From Minisyncoccota bacterium (GTDB taxonomy: Bacteria; Patescibacteriota; Minisyncoccia; Phycocordibacterales; CAIZLB01): 64,000 nt of DNA. The notes beneath the pieces are model-generated. The model saw only the letters and a list, made by a program, of their open reading frames with translations, made no database searches and was not told the origin of the DNA. Positions 1 through 10,114 of the stretch are shown in pieces; the stretch's first letter is position 1, and the number at the start of each line of letters is the position of its first letter. The stretch covers positions 194,829 to 258,828 of the forward strand of contig JAIPIA010000002.1 in assembly GCA_021734945.1 (NCBI GenBank). Reading direction: 5' to 3'. Made by a program: the position numbers and the translations under genes.

Positions 1-441
1 GCTACCTGTAGTTGATGCATGTATTGTTTCATTAGATCTAGACTGGCCAAAGATTCTTCCAAACCAACTAAACCATGGACGATTACTATTATTACCTCTC
101 TCTACGTTACCATTACTTTTAGTCTCAAATTCTCCTTTCGAATTGTAATTTGAGTTAGACTTTGTCTCCTCTCTTCTTTCTTCATTATCACGGTGCATAG
201 AAGATGAGGCTTCAAAATCTGATTTTGAATTAATATGAGCGTCTGAATCACCTAAATTAGATCTACCATGTATTTCTAATTCAGTATTATTTTTAAGTTC
301 AATATTACTCAGAACTGTTGTAGGGCCTAATAATGCAAATTTATGTGAATTGGAATCTGCATTTGCAGAAGCTGTTTGAAAACTCGAGAAGGCTACGACA
401 AGAAGGAATGCGGGGATGATGATTGTTTTGGTATTTTTCAT
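1..441 (-). CDS. Secreted/surface hypothetical protein, 5' part (runs off window start)
   Basis: ATG at 441; frame appears open to position 1; starts MKNTKTIIIPAFLLVVAFSSFQTASANA (signal peptide-like); Ser/Asn-rich. Confidence 0.75.
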   Translation of the reverse strand, partial: MKNTKTIIIPAFLLVVAFSSFQTASANADSNSHKFALLGPTTVLSNIELKNNTELEIHGRSNLGDSDAHINSKSDFEASSSMHRDNEERREETKSNSNYNSKGEFETKSNGNVERGNNSNRPWFSWFGRIFGQSRSNETIHASTTGS

Positions 442-498
442 ATAATTTATTTATTAAGGTTAATGCATGTAAATCTACTATGTAGCCTTATTACCCTA

Positions 499-527
499 TG
501 AGACGCCACAAGTTAATACCTCTTACC
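499..527 (-). promoter_or_regulatory. Putative ECF-sigma promoter GGTAAG-N16-CGTCTCA
   Basis: Same motif and spacing as 1417-1445; CGTC is a typical ECF -10 core; an ECF sigma gene is adjacent. Confidence 0.6.
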
Positions 528-579
528 AAATACTGAATTGAATCAACTACCATTTTCATACTACTCAGTTATAAACCCC

Positions 580-623
580 AACAAAAAAGTGAGCGCTTTT
601 AAAAGTCAGCTCACTTTTTTGTT
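580..623. terminator. Intrinsic terminator hairpin (bidirectional)
   Basis: AACAAAAAAGTGAGC...GCTCACTTTTTTGTT inverted repeat downstream of 682-1341. Confidence 0.75.
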
Positions 624-681
624 TTATCAGTCAATTTTTCTTCATCGAACCTGTTTCTCAATACTCATCTCTCAGCACATG

Positions 682-1341
682 TTAGATAGCAGCAAAACTA
701 CCTTGAGTAGAAACAGAGACATTACCGGAAGCATCTGTTGACTGTGCAATGTAGTAATACATTACCCCTGGTGTTAAATCTGAAAGAGTTACAGTTTGAG
801 AGTTAGAGAAGTTCACACTCGCAGACGCATATGTTGAAGAAATTATAGGCGCAGCAAAACTGTGATTTGCTTCGTACGTCGCTAATGGTCGTGTGTCATA
901 GAACACTTTTGCAGAAGCTGCTTCATTTGTATTCCAACTTACAGTTGCTGAACGTGTCGCGAGTCTATTAACAACTGTTCCTGACATTTGTGGGGCGGAA
1001 ATATCAATACCCCTACCCGCTGCCATCACCTGATTCAATGTAGCCATTGTGAGAGGACCTACTCTACCAACATTTGGAAGATCATATGCAACCTGAAAAT
1101 TTTCTACAGCACGTTTAGTTAATTGACCAAAATATCCTGTCACCAATCCCTCTGGATAAATAGCTGGATTAGATGCAAGAAAGTTTTGTAAATTAGTTAC
1201 GTTCATACCGGATGAGCCAACTCCCATTTGAGATGAAATTGGTGCAGCTGCGAAAGCAACGCTGGTAGTTACAAACGAACATACTAGTATTAGTGAGAGC
1301 AAAAACAAACTTATTTTAGAATTCCATAATTTATTTTTCAT
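682..1341 (-). CDS. Secreted protein with peptidoglycan-binding domain and C-terminal fibronectin type III-like domain
   Basis: Signal peptide; VTNLQNFL..GLVTGYFGQLTKRAVENFQ..GRVGPLT (PG-binding); ATVSWNTNE..LSDLTPGVMYYY..STDASGN (FN3). Confidence 0.8.
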   Translation of the reverse strand: MKNKLWNSKISLFLLSLILVCSFVTTSVAFAAAPISSQMGVGSSGMNVTNLQNFLASNPAIYPEGLVTGYFGQLTKRAVENFQVAYDLPNVGRVGPLTMATLNQVMAAGRGIDISAPQMSGTVVNRLATRSATVSWNTNEAASAKVFYDTRPLATYEANHSFAAPIISSTYASASVNFSNSQTVTLSDLTPGVMYYYIAQSTDASGNVSVSTQGSFAAI

Positions 1342-1416
1342 AAGATATATTAGATTAGGGTTTAATAATCAATATTTGTTGTCATCATATTAATGACGAC
1401 CGACCTTTGCGACTAT

Positions 1417-1445
1417 TAAGACGACACTTTAAATAGTTGCTTACC
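1417..1445 (-). promoter_or_regulatory. Putative ECF-sigma promoter GGTAAG-N16-CGTCTTA
   Basis: Second copy of the motif at 499-527, upstream of 682-1341. Confidence 0.6.
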
Positions 1446-1580
1446 GGGAAATATAGAGTTACAGTTATAAGTAAGAAAGTTACTATCGAACTAGATACTA
1501 GGCCTAAATTACCTCGTTTTACTAGGTATATCTAGATATACTCACCCAGAAATAAGACTGAACTTTCTTCGTCTAATACT

Positions 1581-2096
1581 ATGGAAGACCTGCAAAACAA
1601 ATTTCTAGAAGCATACAATAGTTATTCAGAAGCAATATTTCGGTTCTGCTTTTTCAAACTGAATGACCGTGAACTTGCCAAGGATTTAATGCAGGATACT
1701 TTCGCAAAAGTATGGCTCACCTCTTCAAAGCAAGATATCCAAATACACAACATCAAGGCTCTCATTTATAAGATTGCAGGGAATTTAATTATTGATGAAT
1801 ATCGAAAGCGCGGGAGGAGAGATGTTGTGGCTTCCCTTGATGTGTTACATGAGGACGGTTTTGATCCATCATTTGACGACACAGACTCTGTCCGAAATAT
1901 AATAGACGGTAAGGAGGCTATAAACCTTATCTCGAAAATACGTGACCCTTACGGGGAATCTGTACTGATGAGATACGTTCAAGACTTGAGTATTTCTGAG
2001 ATAGCCGAAATTACCGGAGAGACAGAAAACACGATATCAGTAAGAATACATCGAGGAATATCTATACTTAAGAAACTCTACAATCATGAAAAATAA
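1581..2096 (+). CDS. ECF-type sigma-70 factor
   Basis: Region 2 AKDLMQDTFAKVW..IYKIAGNLIIDEYRK; region 4 LSISEIAEITGETENTISVRIHRG; 171 aa. Confidence 0.93.
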   Translation: MEDLQNKFLEAYNSYSEAIFRFCFFKLNDRELAKDLMQDTFAKVWLTSSKQDIQIHNIKALIYKIAGNLIIDEYRKRGRRDVVASLDVLHEDGFDPSFDDTDSVRNIIDGKEAINLISKIRDPYGESVLMRYVQDLSISEIAEITGETENTISVRIHRGISILKKLYNHEK

Positions 2097-3282
2097 AGAA
2101 CAACATAACGAGATTGAAAATATTGAAATAAAAAATCCGCCAATTTTAACGGAAGAGATTAGCCACGTATTCGAAATAGCTTCTAAATTCAGTCTTACTG
2201 CCGAAGAGAAGTTAAAAGGCGAAAATGAATTTAGAACTCTTCTGGAGAAGGGCCTCCCTGTTGTTTCTGTCCCTAGTCCATATTCTCAATATATAATCTC
2301 AGCACAAAAGTTTTTTGAGGGGTTTAGTAAGCAATTTAATTCTCATAAAATATATGATTTTGCTTTAATAAACAAAAAGAAATTGTTTCAAATTGTGTTA
2401 ACTGCATGTTTTATTTTTGTGTGCGCAACAGGCACCACATACGCAGCAAATATGTCACTCCCAGGGGACCTTTTATACCCAATAAAAATAGGACTAAATG
2501 AACCTCTTGAAAGCATTTTTTCAATTAGCTCGGAAGCCAAAGCACAAGTTGCAGTTAGACACGCTGTCGAAAGAGTTAAAGAAGTAAGCAAATTGAGCAT
2601 GATGGACAAAATTAATCAAAATAATGAAATTAAACTTAGTGAGGCAATAGCTAAAAAGTCAGGAGAAGCAAGAGAAAGCATTATTAAGCTTGAAAGTACT
2701 GGCCACTTGAGCGCCGCAAATAATATCAGTGCCAATTTTGAGAATTCTGTAAATATATATAAAAAAGATATTGAAACTGTCTCAAGATTTAATTCTGAAT
2801 CAGGACATGGCGACACATTACAAAATGTACTTAATACTCTTAATGGAGAAATCCAAAAAATTTCGAAACCTCAGAATAAACAGAATGAAACTATAGATAC
2901 AAATACAGAAAGGAGTGAATATAATAAGAAGAACCCAAGATATAGAAATGACAAGAAATATAAACAAGACCGCACGTCAGATTATGAACACGCAAATATT
3001 AACAATCAGAATGGTGTTAATTTATTAATTCCAAGAAAAGAAGCTACTACTTCAGCACAGCCTGTTTACACAGGAGCACTACCCGCCACTTCCACAGAAG
3101 AAAAGTCTTCAGCAACAGAGATTCAGGTTTTAACTCCTGAGCACGTACAAATCCCTTCAACTTCAGCGGCATCTCAAATATCTGTTCCATCAACTCCAGT
3201 CCCCGACGTGTCTATACAAGTACAGGTACCTGTGTCTATCCCCTCAGTAGTCACACCAACAGTGCAAATCAATATTAAATAG
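2086..3282 (+). CDS. Putative anti-sigma factor, single TM, DUF5667-like domain
   Basis: Overlaps the sigma stop; TM followed by SLPGDLLYPIKIGLNE motif; low-complexity Pro/Ser/Thr tail. Confidence 0.7.
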   Translation: MKNKEQHNEIENIEIKNPPILTEEISHVFEIASKFSLTAEEKLKGENEFRTLLEKGLPVVSVPSPYSQYIISAQKFFEGFSKQFNSHKIYDFALINKKKLFQIVLTACFIFVCATGTTYAANMSLPGDLLYPIKIGLNEPLESIFSISSEAKAQVAVRHAVERVKEVSKLSMMDKINQNNEIKLSEAIAKKSGEARESIIKLESTGHLSAANNISANFENSVNIYKKDIETVSRFNSESGHGDTLQNVLNTLNGEIQKISKPQNKQNETIDTNTERSEYNKKNPRYRNDKKYKQDRTSDYEHANINNQNGVNLLIPRKEATTSAQPVYTGALPATSTEEKSSATEIQVLTPEHVQIPSTSAASQISVPSTPVPDVSIQVQVPVSIPSVVTPTVQINIK

Positions 3283-3317
3283 ATATAAGAAGAAGAGAAT
3301 ACATTTCTAAAATGTTT

Positions 3318-4073
3318 TTAAATGGAAGCACTCCATACACTGTCAAACACAAACCTCTGTGTTTTTGCCATCTCAGCACTCTCGATAATAAGGGTAAATA
3401 TCTCCGTATCACTCATTGAAAAAATATAAATGCGATCTTTAATTATAAATTGGTCAGTCAGACCTGCCTTATTTTTATCATCAAGATACTTCACTTGGTG
3501 ATAGGGTCTCTTATTTTTACTAACACTGTCAACCCACTCTTTACTCTTAATTCCTCCAAAAATAATTTCTCTAATTTTATATTCCTTAAGATTTTTGAGC
3601 ACTCTGTTATATTCCTGCACTACCTCTGGAAATTTTTTTGATAAGAAGCCTATATTGCCCATCCAAAGGCCCTCTACTTCCTCTTGAAAAAGAACGTCAA
3701 ATGCTTCTTTATATGCTTGGCGTATTCCCTCTATACCCTCAAGCATTTGCACTTTTGGTTTACCTGATACAGATCCATATTTTGCAGTCAATTCAGGAAG
3801 AACATCATTAAACTGATTTTTTCTAAAATCCAAAATCTCACCTATTCGTTTTGGGTGGACAGCTGAATATACCTTTTTCTTTCCCTTTTTGATTTCTGAA
3901 ACAAGACCTAGTAATTGCAATTCATCGATAATGAGATACACCGTTGGACGCTTTAAAGATGCACGCTTTGCAACTTGAGTCATTTGTCCACTACCTAGTT
4001 CTAAAAGGGCGTTATAGACAACTGATTGCTTTTCAGTTAGCCCCAGCTTTTGAAGTATTAATTGATGTTCCAT
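3318..4073 (-). CDS. TrmB-family transcriptional regulator
   Basis: LGLTEKQSVVYNALLELG..LKRPTVYLII wHTH; PKVQMLEGIEGI linker; divergent from ABC operon. Confidence 0.88.
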   Translation of the reverse strand: MEHQLILQKLGLTEKQSVVYNALLELGSGQMTQVAKRASLKRPTVYLIIDELQLLGLVSEIKKGKKKVYSAVHPKRIGEILDFRKNQFNDVLPELTAKYGSVSGKPKVQMLEGIEGIRQAYKEAFDVLFQEEVEGLWMGNIGFLSKKFPEVVQEYNRVLKNLKEYKIREIIFGGIKSKEWVDSVSKNKRPYHQVKYLDDKNKAGLTDQFIIKDRIYIFSMSDTEIFTLIIESAEMAKTQRFVFDSVWSASI

Positions 4074-4275
4074 GATTATATAGTAACAGAAGCAGGTATA
4101 TTATGTCAATATAACTGACGATATTTGTATATTATCTATATTTCCCCTTATATTTATATATATTGTTGATTTTATTATGAAATATATATTGACATATTTA
4201 ATATATCGTATTACAGTACTATAGATCGCTAAGTGAAATCTACAGAGGATTAAAATAATAACTTAATAAAAAAAT

Positions 4276-5289
4276 ATGAAAAAAATAATTATTACAACAA
4301 TTTGCATACTTATTCTAGGCTCTATTATCTATAGTTCATCAAACAGTCACAAGAATCCAACCGGAAACAAAGATGAATCTACTAAGAAACAAGAAGTTAC
4401 CATTGCAATGGTTACCTTCCCTGGTTATGGTCCGCTTTTTCTTGCAAAGGATAAGGGATTCTTTACTGATGTTGATGTAAATCTTGAAACTATTGAATCA
4501 CTGGGAGACATACGTGCTGCAGTAAATTCAGGAAATGCAGATGCATACATAGCAACATATGACATGTATCAATCAATAAAGGGACAAAAACCCTCAGGTA
4601 TAGGTTTTCTTGTTGTGGATGAATCACACGGAGGAGACGGTATAGTCGTATCAAAGAATATTAATTCGATAAAAGATTTTAAGGGTAAAAAAGTTGGTGC
4701 TGAACCTGGGTTTCCTCCTTACCTCATACTCCAGTATATGCTAAATAAAGAAGGTATGACCCTTAAAGATATTGATTTCAAAGATCTACCCACTACTGAT
4801 GCAGGCATTGCGTTTGTGGCAAACAAGCTTGATGCTGCGGCAATATTTGAACCTAGTCTCTCTGCAAGTTCTAAAGCAAGGTCCGACTCAAAAATACTTG
4901 TAACGAGTTCAGATCCTGAAATAAAAGGCCTTGTTCAAGATATCCTCTTTGCTAATGAGACATTTATTAAAGAACACCCAGAAGCGTTGACCAAAGTTGT
5001 TGAAGGGTATTTCAAAGCCCTCGAATACATAAAAACAAATCCGGAAGATGCATACACAATTATGGCTAAACACTTTAATGTGTCCCCTGCTGAAATGAAA
5101 GATTTTACTAGTGGTATTAGTTGGATTTCAAAAGAAGAGAATACTTCAATCTTCAATAAAAATTCAAATGTGAATGTATACAAAACATTTACATTGGTCG
5201 GAGATTTACTTGAAAAAAATGAAGAGACTGATGTACGCGTAAACTCATATGAAAAACTTACAGACTCTATTCTTAAAAATACAAAGTAA
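4276..5289 (+). CDS. ABC transporter substrate-binding protein, NitT/TauT (SsuA/THI5-like)
   Basis: N-terminal anchor; FPGYGPLFLAKDKGFF, DESHGGDGIV, DFKGKKVG. Confidence 0.88.
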   Translation: MKKIIITTICILILGSIIYSSSNSHKNPTGNKDESTKKQEVTIAMVTFPGYGPLFLAKDKGFFTDVDVNLETIESLGDIRAAVNSGNADAYIATYDMYQSIKGQKPSGIGFLVVDESHGGDGIVVSKNINSIKDFKGKKVGAEPGFPPYLILQYMLNKEGMTLKDIDFKDLPTTDAGIAFVANKLDAAAIFEPSLSASSKARSDSKILVTSSDPEIKGLVQDILFANETFIKEHPEALTKVVEGYFKALEYIKTNPEDAYTIMAKHFNVSPAEMKDFTSGISWISKEENTSIFNKNSNVNVYKTFTLVGDLLEKNEETDVRVNSYEKLTDSILKNTK

Positions 5290-6067
5290 TATATCTTCGT
5301 CAAGAAAATGGCAAATTGATACCCACCGAAGTTCGACTTCTCTCTACCTGTCGATCCTTGTCTTGCTAGCAATATGGACTTTATTAACCTCCTCTCTCCA
5401 TCTCATTGATGCATTGTTCCTGCCATCCCCACTAGAGGTAATTAATTCATTCATAAAACTATTTACAGTAAATGATTTTGCTAAGGACATATTTGCCACC
5501 ACACTCCGTGTATTAGTTGCCTTCGTACTATCAATAGCATTTGCAATGCCATTCTCGATACTAGTTAATGAGTCTAAGACGACAAAAAAGATAGCATTAC
5601 CTTATATAGATTTCCTCCGGTATATACCTGTACCTATACTTATTCCACTCATGATTCTATTTTTTGGACTCGGTGAGAGCTCAAAAATAGCCCTCCTTTT
5701 CCTTGGGACCGTATTTCAACTTGTTCTCCTATTTATTCAGGATCTAGAAAATATTCCACAAGAATACGCTGATATGTCATTCACATTACATTTCACAAAA
5801 TTAAAAATTCTGACAACCAAGATACTCTCTGCATTGCCTAATATGTATGACAATACTCGAGTTTCTCTAAGTTTATGTTGGTCATATGTTATTTTTGCAG
5901 AACTTGTATCTGCACAGACTGGCATTGGACACATGATTAAGGACGCCCAGCGCTTCTCTAACACGGGAAATATTTATGCTGGAATTATAGTAATGGCTCT
6001 AATTGGCTTTGGGTCTGACTTTATTATGAGAAGACTATACACAGTTCTTTTCCCTTACAAATCATAA
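5249..6067 (+). CDS. ABC transporter permease, NitT/TauT family
   Basis: FLPSPLEV, FLRYIP, FAELVSAQTGIGHMI; multiple TM segments. Confidence 0.88.
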   Translation: MKNLQTLFLKIQSNISSSRKWQIDTHRSSTSLYLSILVLLAIWTLLTSSLHLIDALFLPSPLEVINSFIKLFTVNDFAKDIFATTLRVLVAFVLSIAFAMPFSILVNESKTTKKIALPYIDFLRYIPVPILIPLMILFFGLGESSKIALLFLGTVFQLVLLFIQDLENIPQEYADMSFTLHFTKLKILTTKILSALPNMYDNTRVSLSLCWSYVIFAELVSAQTGIGHMIKDAQRFSNTGNIYAGIIVMALIGFGSDFIMRRLYTVLFPYKS

Positions 6068-7626
6068 TGAGCTATATAGAAATAAAAAAACTTAATAAAT
6101 CTTTTGCTTTAGATAATATATCAAGTATTCATTCACCTAAAAATGTTTTAAAGGATATTTCATTATCTATTGAAAAAGGAGAAATTGTATCACTTCTAGG
6201 CTCATCGGGTTGTGGTAAAACAACCCTGGCAAAATGTATCCTTGGTTTGGAAAAATATAATGGAGAGATTCTAATTGGTGGGGAAAATATCAATCAATAT
6301 CTCAAACACAATAGAATCGGATATGTACCTCAAAAATATGCAAATTTTGAGCACCTCACGGTATATCAAAACGCTCTTATTGCATTCGACAAACCATCTG
6401 AATCTGATAGAGAAAAAATTGACCACGCTTTGAAAGTCCTTGGAATATACAAATCTAAGGACATGTATCCCAAAGCTCTTTCAGGTGGAATGAAACAACG
6501 ACTAGCTATCGCCCGGGCATTATTAACTAACAGTGACATAATCGTATTTGACGAACCCCTTTCTGCGCTTGATATAGAAACAAAGCATCAAACGCAAGAA
6601 CTACTGCTTCAAATTTGGCAAGAGTATAATAAGACTTTTATTTTTATTACTCACGATATAGAGGAAGCATTATTTCTCTCTCATAAGGTAGTGATTCTCG
6701 AAACTAATCCAGGTAAAATACGTGAAGTAATTAGTAGTCCATTTGATTTTCCGAGAGTTTCCACTATTAGATATGAAAAAACATTCCAAGATATTAGAAA
6801 ATCTCTCTCATACATTATACGCTCTGAATCATTGAAAGGATTACTTTTTAGAGACTCACATGTTGAATCAACTACCAGTACAATAAGCAATTCAATTACA
6901 TTTGGTCTTTATGTATGGCCCGGGAATGCACCCTTCTACTATGCTGATGATAATGGGTGGCTTGGAGGAATGAATAAATCAATCAATCTGATATCTTTTT
7001 CTGACAACGCTCAAAAGAATGACTATTTCGAACAAGGAAAAATTGATGTACTTCATGTTACTCTAAACCAACTTGAAGATATACAGAAAAGACACAAAAA
7101 TATTTACGTGCTAGCAGAACTTGATAAGTCTTTTGGTGCGGATGGTATTGTCACTACCCTACCAATTAGAAATGTCTGTGAGTTAAAAGGTCAAAAAATT
7201 GCTGTCGAGAAAAATGAAGTCGGGCACTTCTTCTTAAAATATGTTTTGGCAAAAAATAATATGAATGAAGATGATATACAGATTGTAGACATGAAAACAG
7301 AAGAAATAGGAAGTGCCATTATTTCAAATAAAATTCAAACAGGTGTTCTTTGGGAACCATGGCTTTCTAAGGCTGTTGAACTTTCTGGCGCGACCATTCT
7401 TGCGGATACAATAATGTATGACGCTCCAATCGATAACATTTTAATCTGCAAAAAATCATTCTATCAGAATAATAAAATTGATTTAGATAAGGTAATTGAG
7501 CTTTTTAAGAGGGGTGCAAATGAATACAAATGTAACAAGGGAGCCTTTGCACACAAAACTGCACATATGGTTGGTATGACTGAAAATGAACTACTCAAAA
7601 CGCTTGCGAAGATATCTTTTAATTAG
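6067..7626 (+). CDS. ABC ATP-binding protein fused to a C-terminal substrate-binding-like domain
   Basis: GSSGCGKT, LSGGMKQR, VFDEP; C-terminal half has WPGNAPFYYA, GADGIV, LKGQKIA, WEPWLSKA, resembling the upstream SBP. Confidence 0.85.
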   Translation: MSYIEIKKLNKSFALDNISSIHSPKNVLKDISLSIEKGEIVSLLGSSGCGKTTLAKCILGLEKYNGEILIGGENINQYLKHNRIGYVPQKYANFEHLTVYQNALIAFDKPSESDREKIDHALKVLGIYKSKDMYPKALSGGMKQRLAIARALLTNSDIIVFDEPLSALDIETKHQTQELLLQIWQEYNKTFIFITHDIEEALFLSHKVVILETNPGKIREVISSPFDFPRVSTIRYEKTFQDIRKSLSYIIRSESLKGLLFRDSHVESTTSTISNSITFGLYVWPGNAPFYYADDNGWLGGMNKSINLISFSDNAQKNDYFEQGKIDVLHVTLNQLEDIQKRHKNIYVLAELDKSFGADGIVTTLPIRNVCELKGQKIAVEKNEVGHFFLKYVLAKNNMNEDDIQIVDMKTEEIGSAIISNKIQTGVLWEPWLSKAVELSGATILADTIMYDAPIDNILICKKSFYQNNKIDLDKVIELFKRGANEYKCNKGAFAHKTAHMVGMTENELLKTLAKISFN

Positions 7627-7656
7627 TTCTTACATTTACGCCTTAATAATCTGCTA

Positions 7657-8100
7657 TTACTTTACCTCAGCGCTGTCTTTATGGTCATGCCCATTTTCAT
7701 GTCCGTGTACGTGTGGCTCATGAGCATCTTTATGATCCTTACCCACTGATGACTCCGCAGGCTTTGATTCTACTGATCCTGCTTCCGTCTTCTTTTCTCC
7801 ACGTCCAAAAACTTTTGCAAAGAAAAATAGATATATTAGCTCTAGTATCCCGAATGTATTTATAACCAAAAGTGCGACAAACCACCATTTTTCATTTCTC
7901 TTTGCAGCATGCCAAAGTGCATATCCTTTTATAGCGATAGTCCAAAGTAATGCCAAGAAAAACAATATAGACAGAACTGAAATAGTAAAAAGTGACACTG
8001 GTCCAAACCCGTCAAAACCTCCTCCAAAGTGATTTCCGAACATACTGCCGTGGTATCCTCTACCGTAACCCTCTGCCATCCATGTTCCTGATTGCATCAT
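7657..8100 (-). CDS. DUF5652-like membrane protein with His-rich C-terminus
   Basis: WTIAIKGYALWHAAKRNEKWWFVALLVINTFGILELIYLFF; likely start MMQSG at 8100 (ORF extends to 8145). Confidence 0.75.
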   Translation of the reverse strand: MMQSGTWMAEGYGRGYHGSMFGNHFGGGFDGFGPVSLFTISVLSILFFLALLWTIAIKGYALWHAAKRNEKWWFVALLVINTFGILELIYLFFFAKVFGRGEKKTEAGSVESKPAESSVGKDHKDAHEPHVHGHENGHDHKDSAEVK

Positions 8101-8101
8101 A

Positions 8102-8192
8102 TGATTTTGCGAAATCACGTCGAGCGACTGAATCTGCTGATTCATGTCGCGTCGAGGCTTCGTCCTATTGGACTCGACCTCTTAGCTCGACG
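8102..8192 (-). repeat. Structured leader element, copy 1
   Basis: Shares AGGTCGAGTCCAATAGGACGAAGCCTCGAC, GAATCnGCAGATTC and TGATTTCGCwAAATCA with 14288-14371. Confidence 0.8.
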
Positions 8193-8310
8193 CTTTTTCT
8201 GTTTTAATTAGTGTATTTACGAGTAATAGAGATATTATACACCTGCAAATTCAAGATTCAATAACAAACACTACGAGAATCTGTCCAGTTAAAATACAGT
8301 TCAAAAAAAC

Positions 8311-9312
8311 TTAAAAACCAAATATTTCAATTAATTCTCCCGAATAATAGAATTCATAAGCCAACCGCCCAAAAGTATATGTTTCCCCACCCACCGTTAC
8401 GATAGCTCCAGCCACCTTTGGATTATCTTTTGGTACGGATTTGCCAAACCCTAAGTTGAATATAGTAGCAACAATCTCAGGTCTATACGATAAGTCATAC
8501 CCTGCTTTTTTCCATTGTTCTATCACTTCTCGAGCAAAGAGAGCGGTATATAAATAAGAATAATAATGATCTTTTGAATCAGTAAGTCTTAAAAAGCGAA
8601 CTGAACTTGTACCATTGTTTGTTTCTTCACCCGGTGGTAAATCTAAAAGATGCTCATACTGTGGGCCTATATAATAAGAAGATGTTTTATCTTTCAGGTT
8701 CTTCTCTATTACTTCTGCAGTATCTTGTTTTACTCCGCTCACACCAAGTGAAAATTCTGACATCGTGCCGAGTATTTTGAGTGGCTCAAAGAATTTTTTG
8801 AATGATTCTCGGTCTGATGTAAAAAATCTAAGTTGCTCAGCAATCACGACGCCGACAAGCACACGCGGCGATATGCCCGCATCATATGCTGCTTTACGAA
8901 TAGTCTCACGATCTTTTGTAAGCGCAGCAGCAAGCACTTTCCACTCTTCACTATCTGCCCATGCAAAAGATGTATCTGGAAAAACTTTTTTCCGAGCACT
9001 CTTGATTCCATCCTTGAGGGAAAACTGCATTTCTGAAATAGCTTTCACTGAATCATCTTTTGTAAGACTTTCCGATGATGCATCTTTAAAAAATTGATTA
9101 CGCTGGTCTATTGAACCTCTCACTGTAAACAAATCAAGCTTCATACCAAAAAATACGACTATAAATAACACTCCCACAGCAGCTGATAAAGCTACTCCAA
9201 TTTCAAAAATGAAAGAAAAACGATTTTCCTTTAAAGTGTTGTATACACGATTTCGTATATGCGAATATGTATAAGATATTTTATAAAATATATTTTGAAT
9301 CAATTGAAACAT
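8311..9312 (-). CDS. Membrane-anchored hypothetical protein, possibly lysozyme/transglycosylase-like fold
   Basis: One TM; GISPRVLVGVVIAEQ..SLGVSGVK..ATIFNLG loosely fits SLT-like motifs. Confidence 0.5.
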   Translation of the reverse strand: MFQLIQNIFYKISYTYSHIRNRVYNTLKENRFSFIFEIGVALSAAVGVLFIVVFFGMKLDLFTVRGSIDQRNQFFKDASSESLTKDDSVKAISEMQFSLKDGIKSARKKVFPDTSFAWADSEEWKVLAAALTKDRETIRKAAYDAGISPRVLVGVVIAEQLRFFTSDRESFKKFFEPLKILGTMSEFSLGVSGVKQDTAEVIEKNLKDKTSSYYIGPQYEHLLDLPPGEETNNGTSSVRFLRLTDSKDHYYSYLYTALFAREVIEQWKKAGYDLSYRPEIVATIFNLGFGKSVPKDNPKVAGAIVTVGGETYTFGRLAYEFYYSGELIEIFGF

Positions 9313-9418
9313 CGCTCTATATTGTGATTAAGCTATTGTATTTGGCACACACTCGTATATTGACGTCTAGTATGTATCTACATTTCCAACAAACACCAAT
9401 ATAGTATACTGAAAGCAT

Positions 9419-10114
9419 ATGGCACGCAAAATTTTCTACATGGTACGACACGGCGAAAGTCTTCTAAATGCTGCACACATCCGACAAGGATGGGAAGGTA
9501 GCCTTAGTCCAAAAGGTATAGAGCAGGCAATCTCAACTGGCAAAAGACTTGCAAAGCATAAGTTTGGGGCAGTACTTGTGAGCCCTTATGTTCGTACAAA
9601 AGAAACAGCTGAAAATATCTGTGCCCAAATACAAAAAAAAGTTCCTCCTATGGAATTTGTAGACCTGCTGACAGAACGACGTAATCCTACTGATATAGTC
9701 GGAGAGTCCGCTGATGACCCAAAAGTAAAGCAAATTGTAGATCTCATTGATAGAAGTTTTCACAAAGATGACTACAGATATTCTGATGAAGAAAACTTTC
9801 TAGACCTAAAAGAGAGAGCTCGTAAACTCCTAGTGTACCTAGCGCACCGATCAGAAAAGGAAATACTTGTAGTGACACACAGTATCTTTTTGAAAATGGT
9901 TGCCTCTTTTGTACTATATCGAGACAGACTAACAGCTGATAAGTACAATTTACTCAGTTATCATAATGCTTCGAACAATGCATCTATCAGTATCTTTGAA
10001 TACAACAGTGGCTGGCTTGGAGATGGATGGCTTGGTAGAAAGTTTTATCCAATATCAGAAAGATGGAAACTACTTGCATGGGACGATTTTACCGTCGAGG
10101 GAACCAAGGTATAA
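9419..10114 (+). CDS. Histidine phosphatase (phosphoglycerate mutase-like) family protein
   Basis: VRHGES, SPYVRTKETA, LVVTHS. Confidence 0.88.
   Translation: MARKIFYMVRHGESLLNAAHIRQGWEGSLSPKGIEQAISTGKRLAKHKFGAVLVSPYVRTKETAENICAQIQKKVPPMEFVDLLTERRNPTDIVGESADDPKVKQIVDLIDRSFHKDDYRYSDEENFLDLKERARKLLVYLAHRSEKEILVVTHSIFLKMVASFVLYRDRLTADKYNLLSYHNASNNASISIFEYNSGWLGDGWLGRKFYPISERWKLLAWDDFTVEGTKV

Noticed and set aside
4200-4275. Guanidine or other riboswitch before the NitT/TauT operon
   Set aside because: Short AT-rich leader with one weak hairpin and no recognisable consensus.
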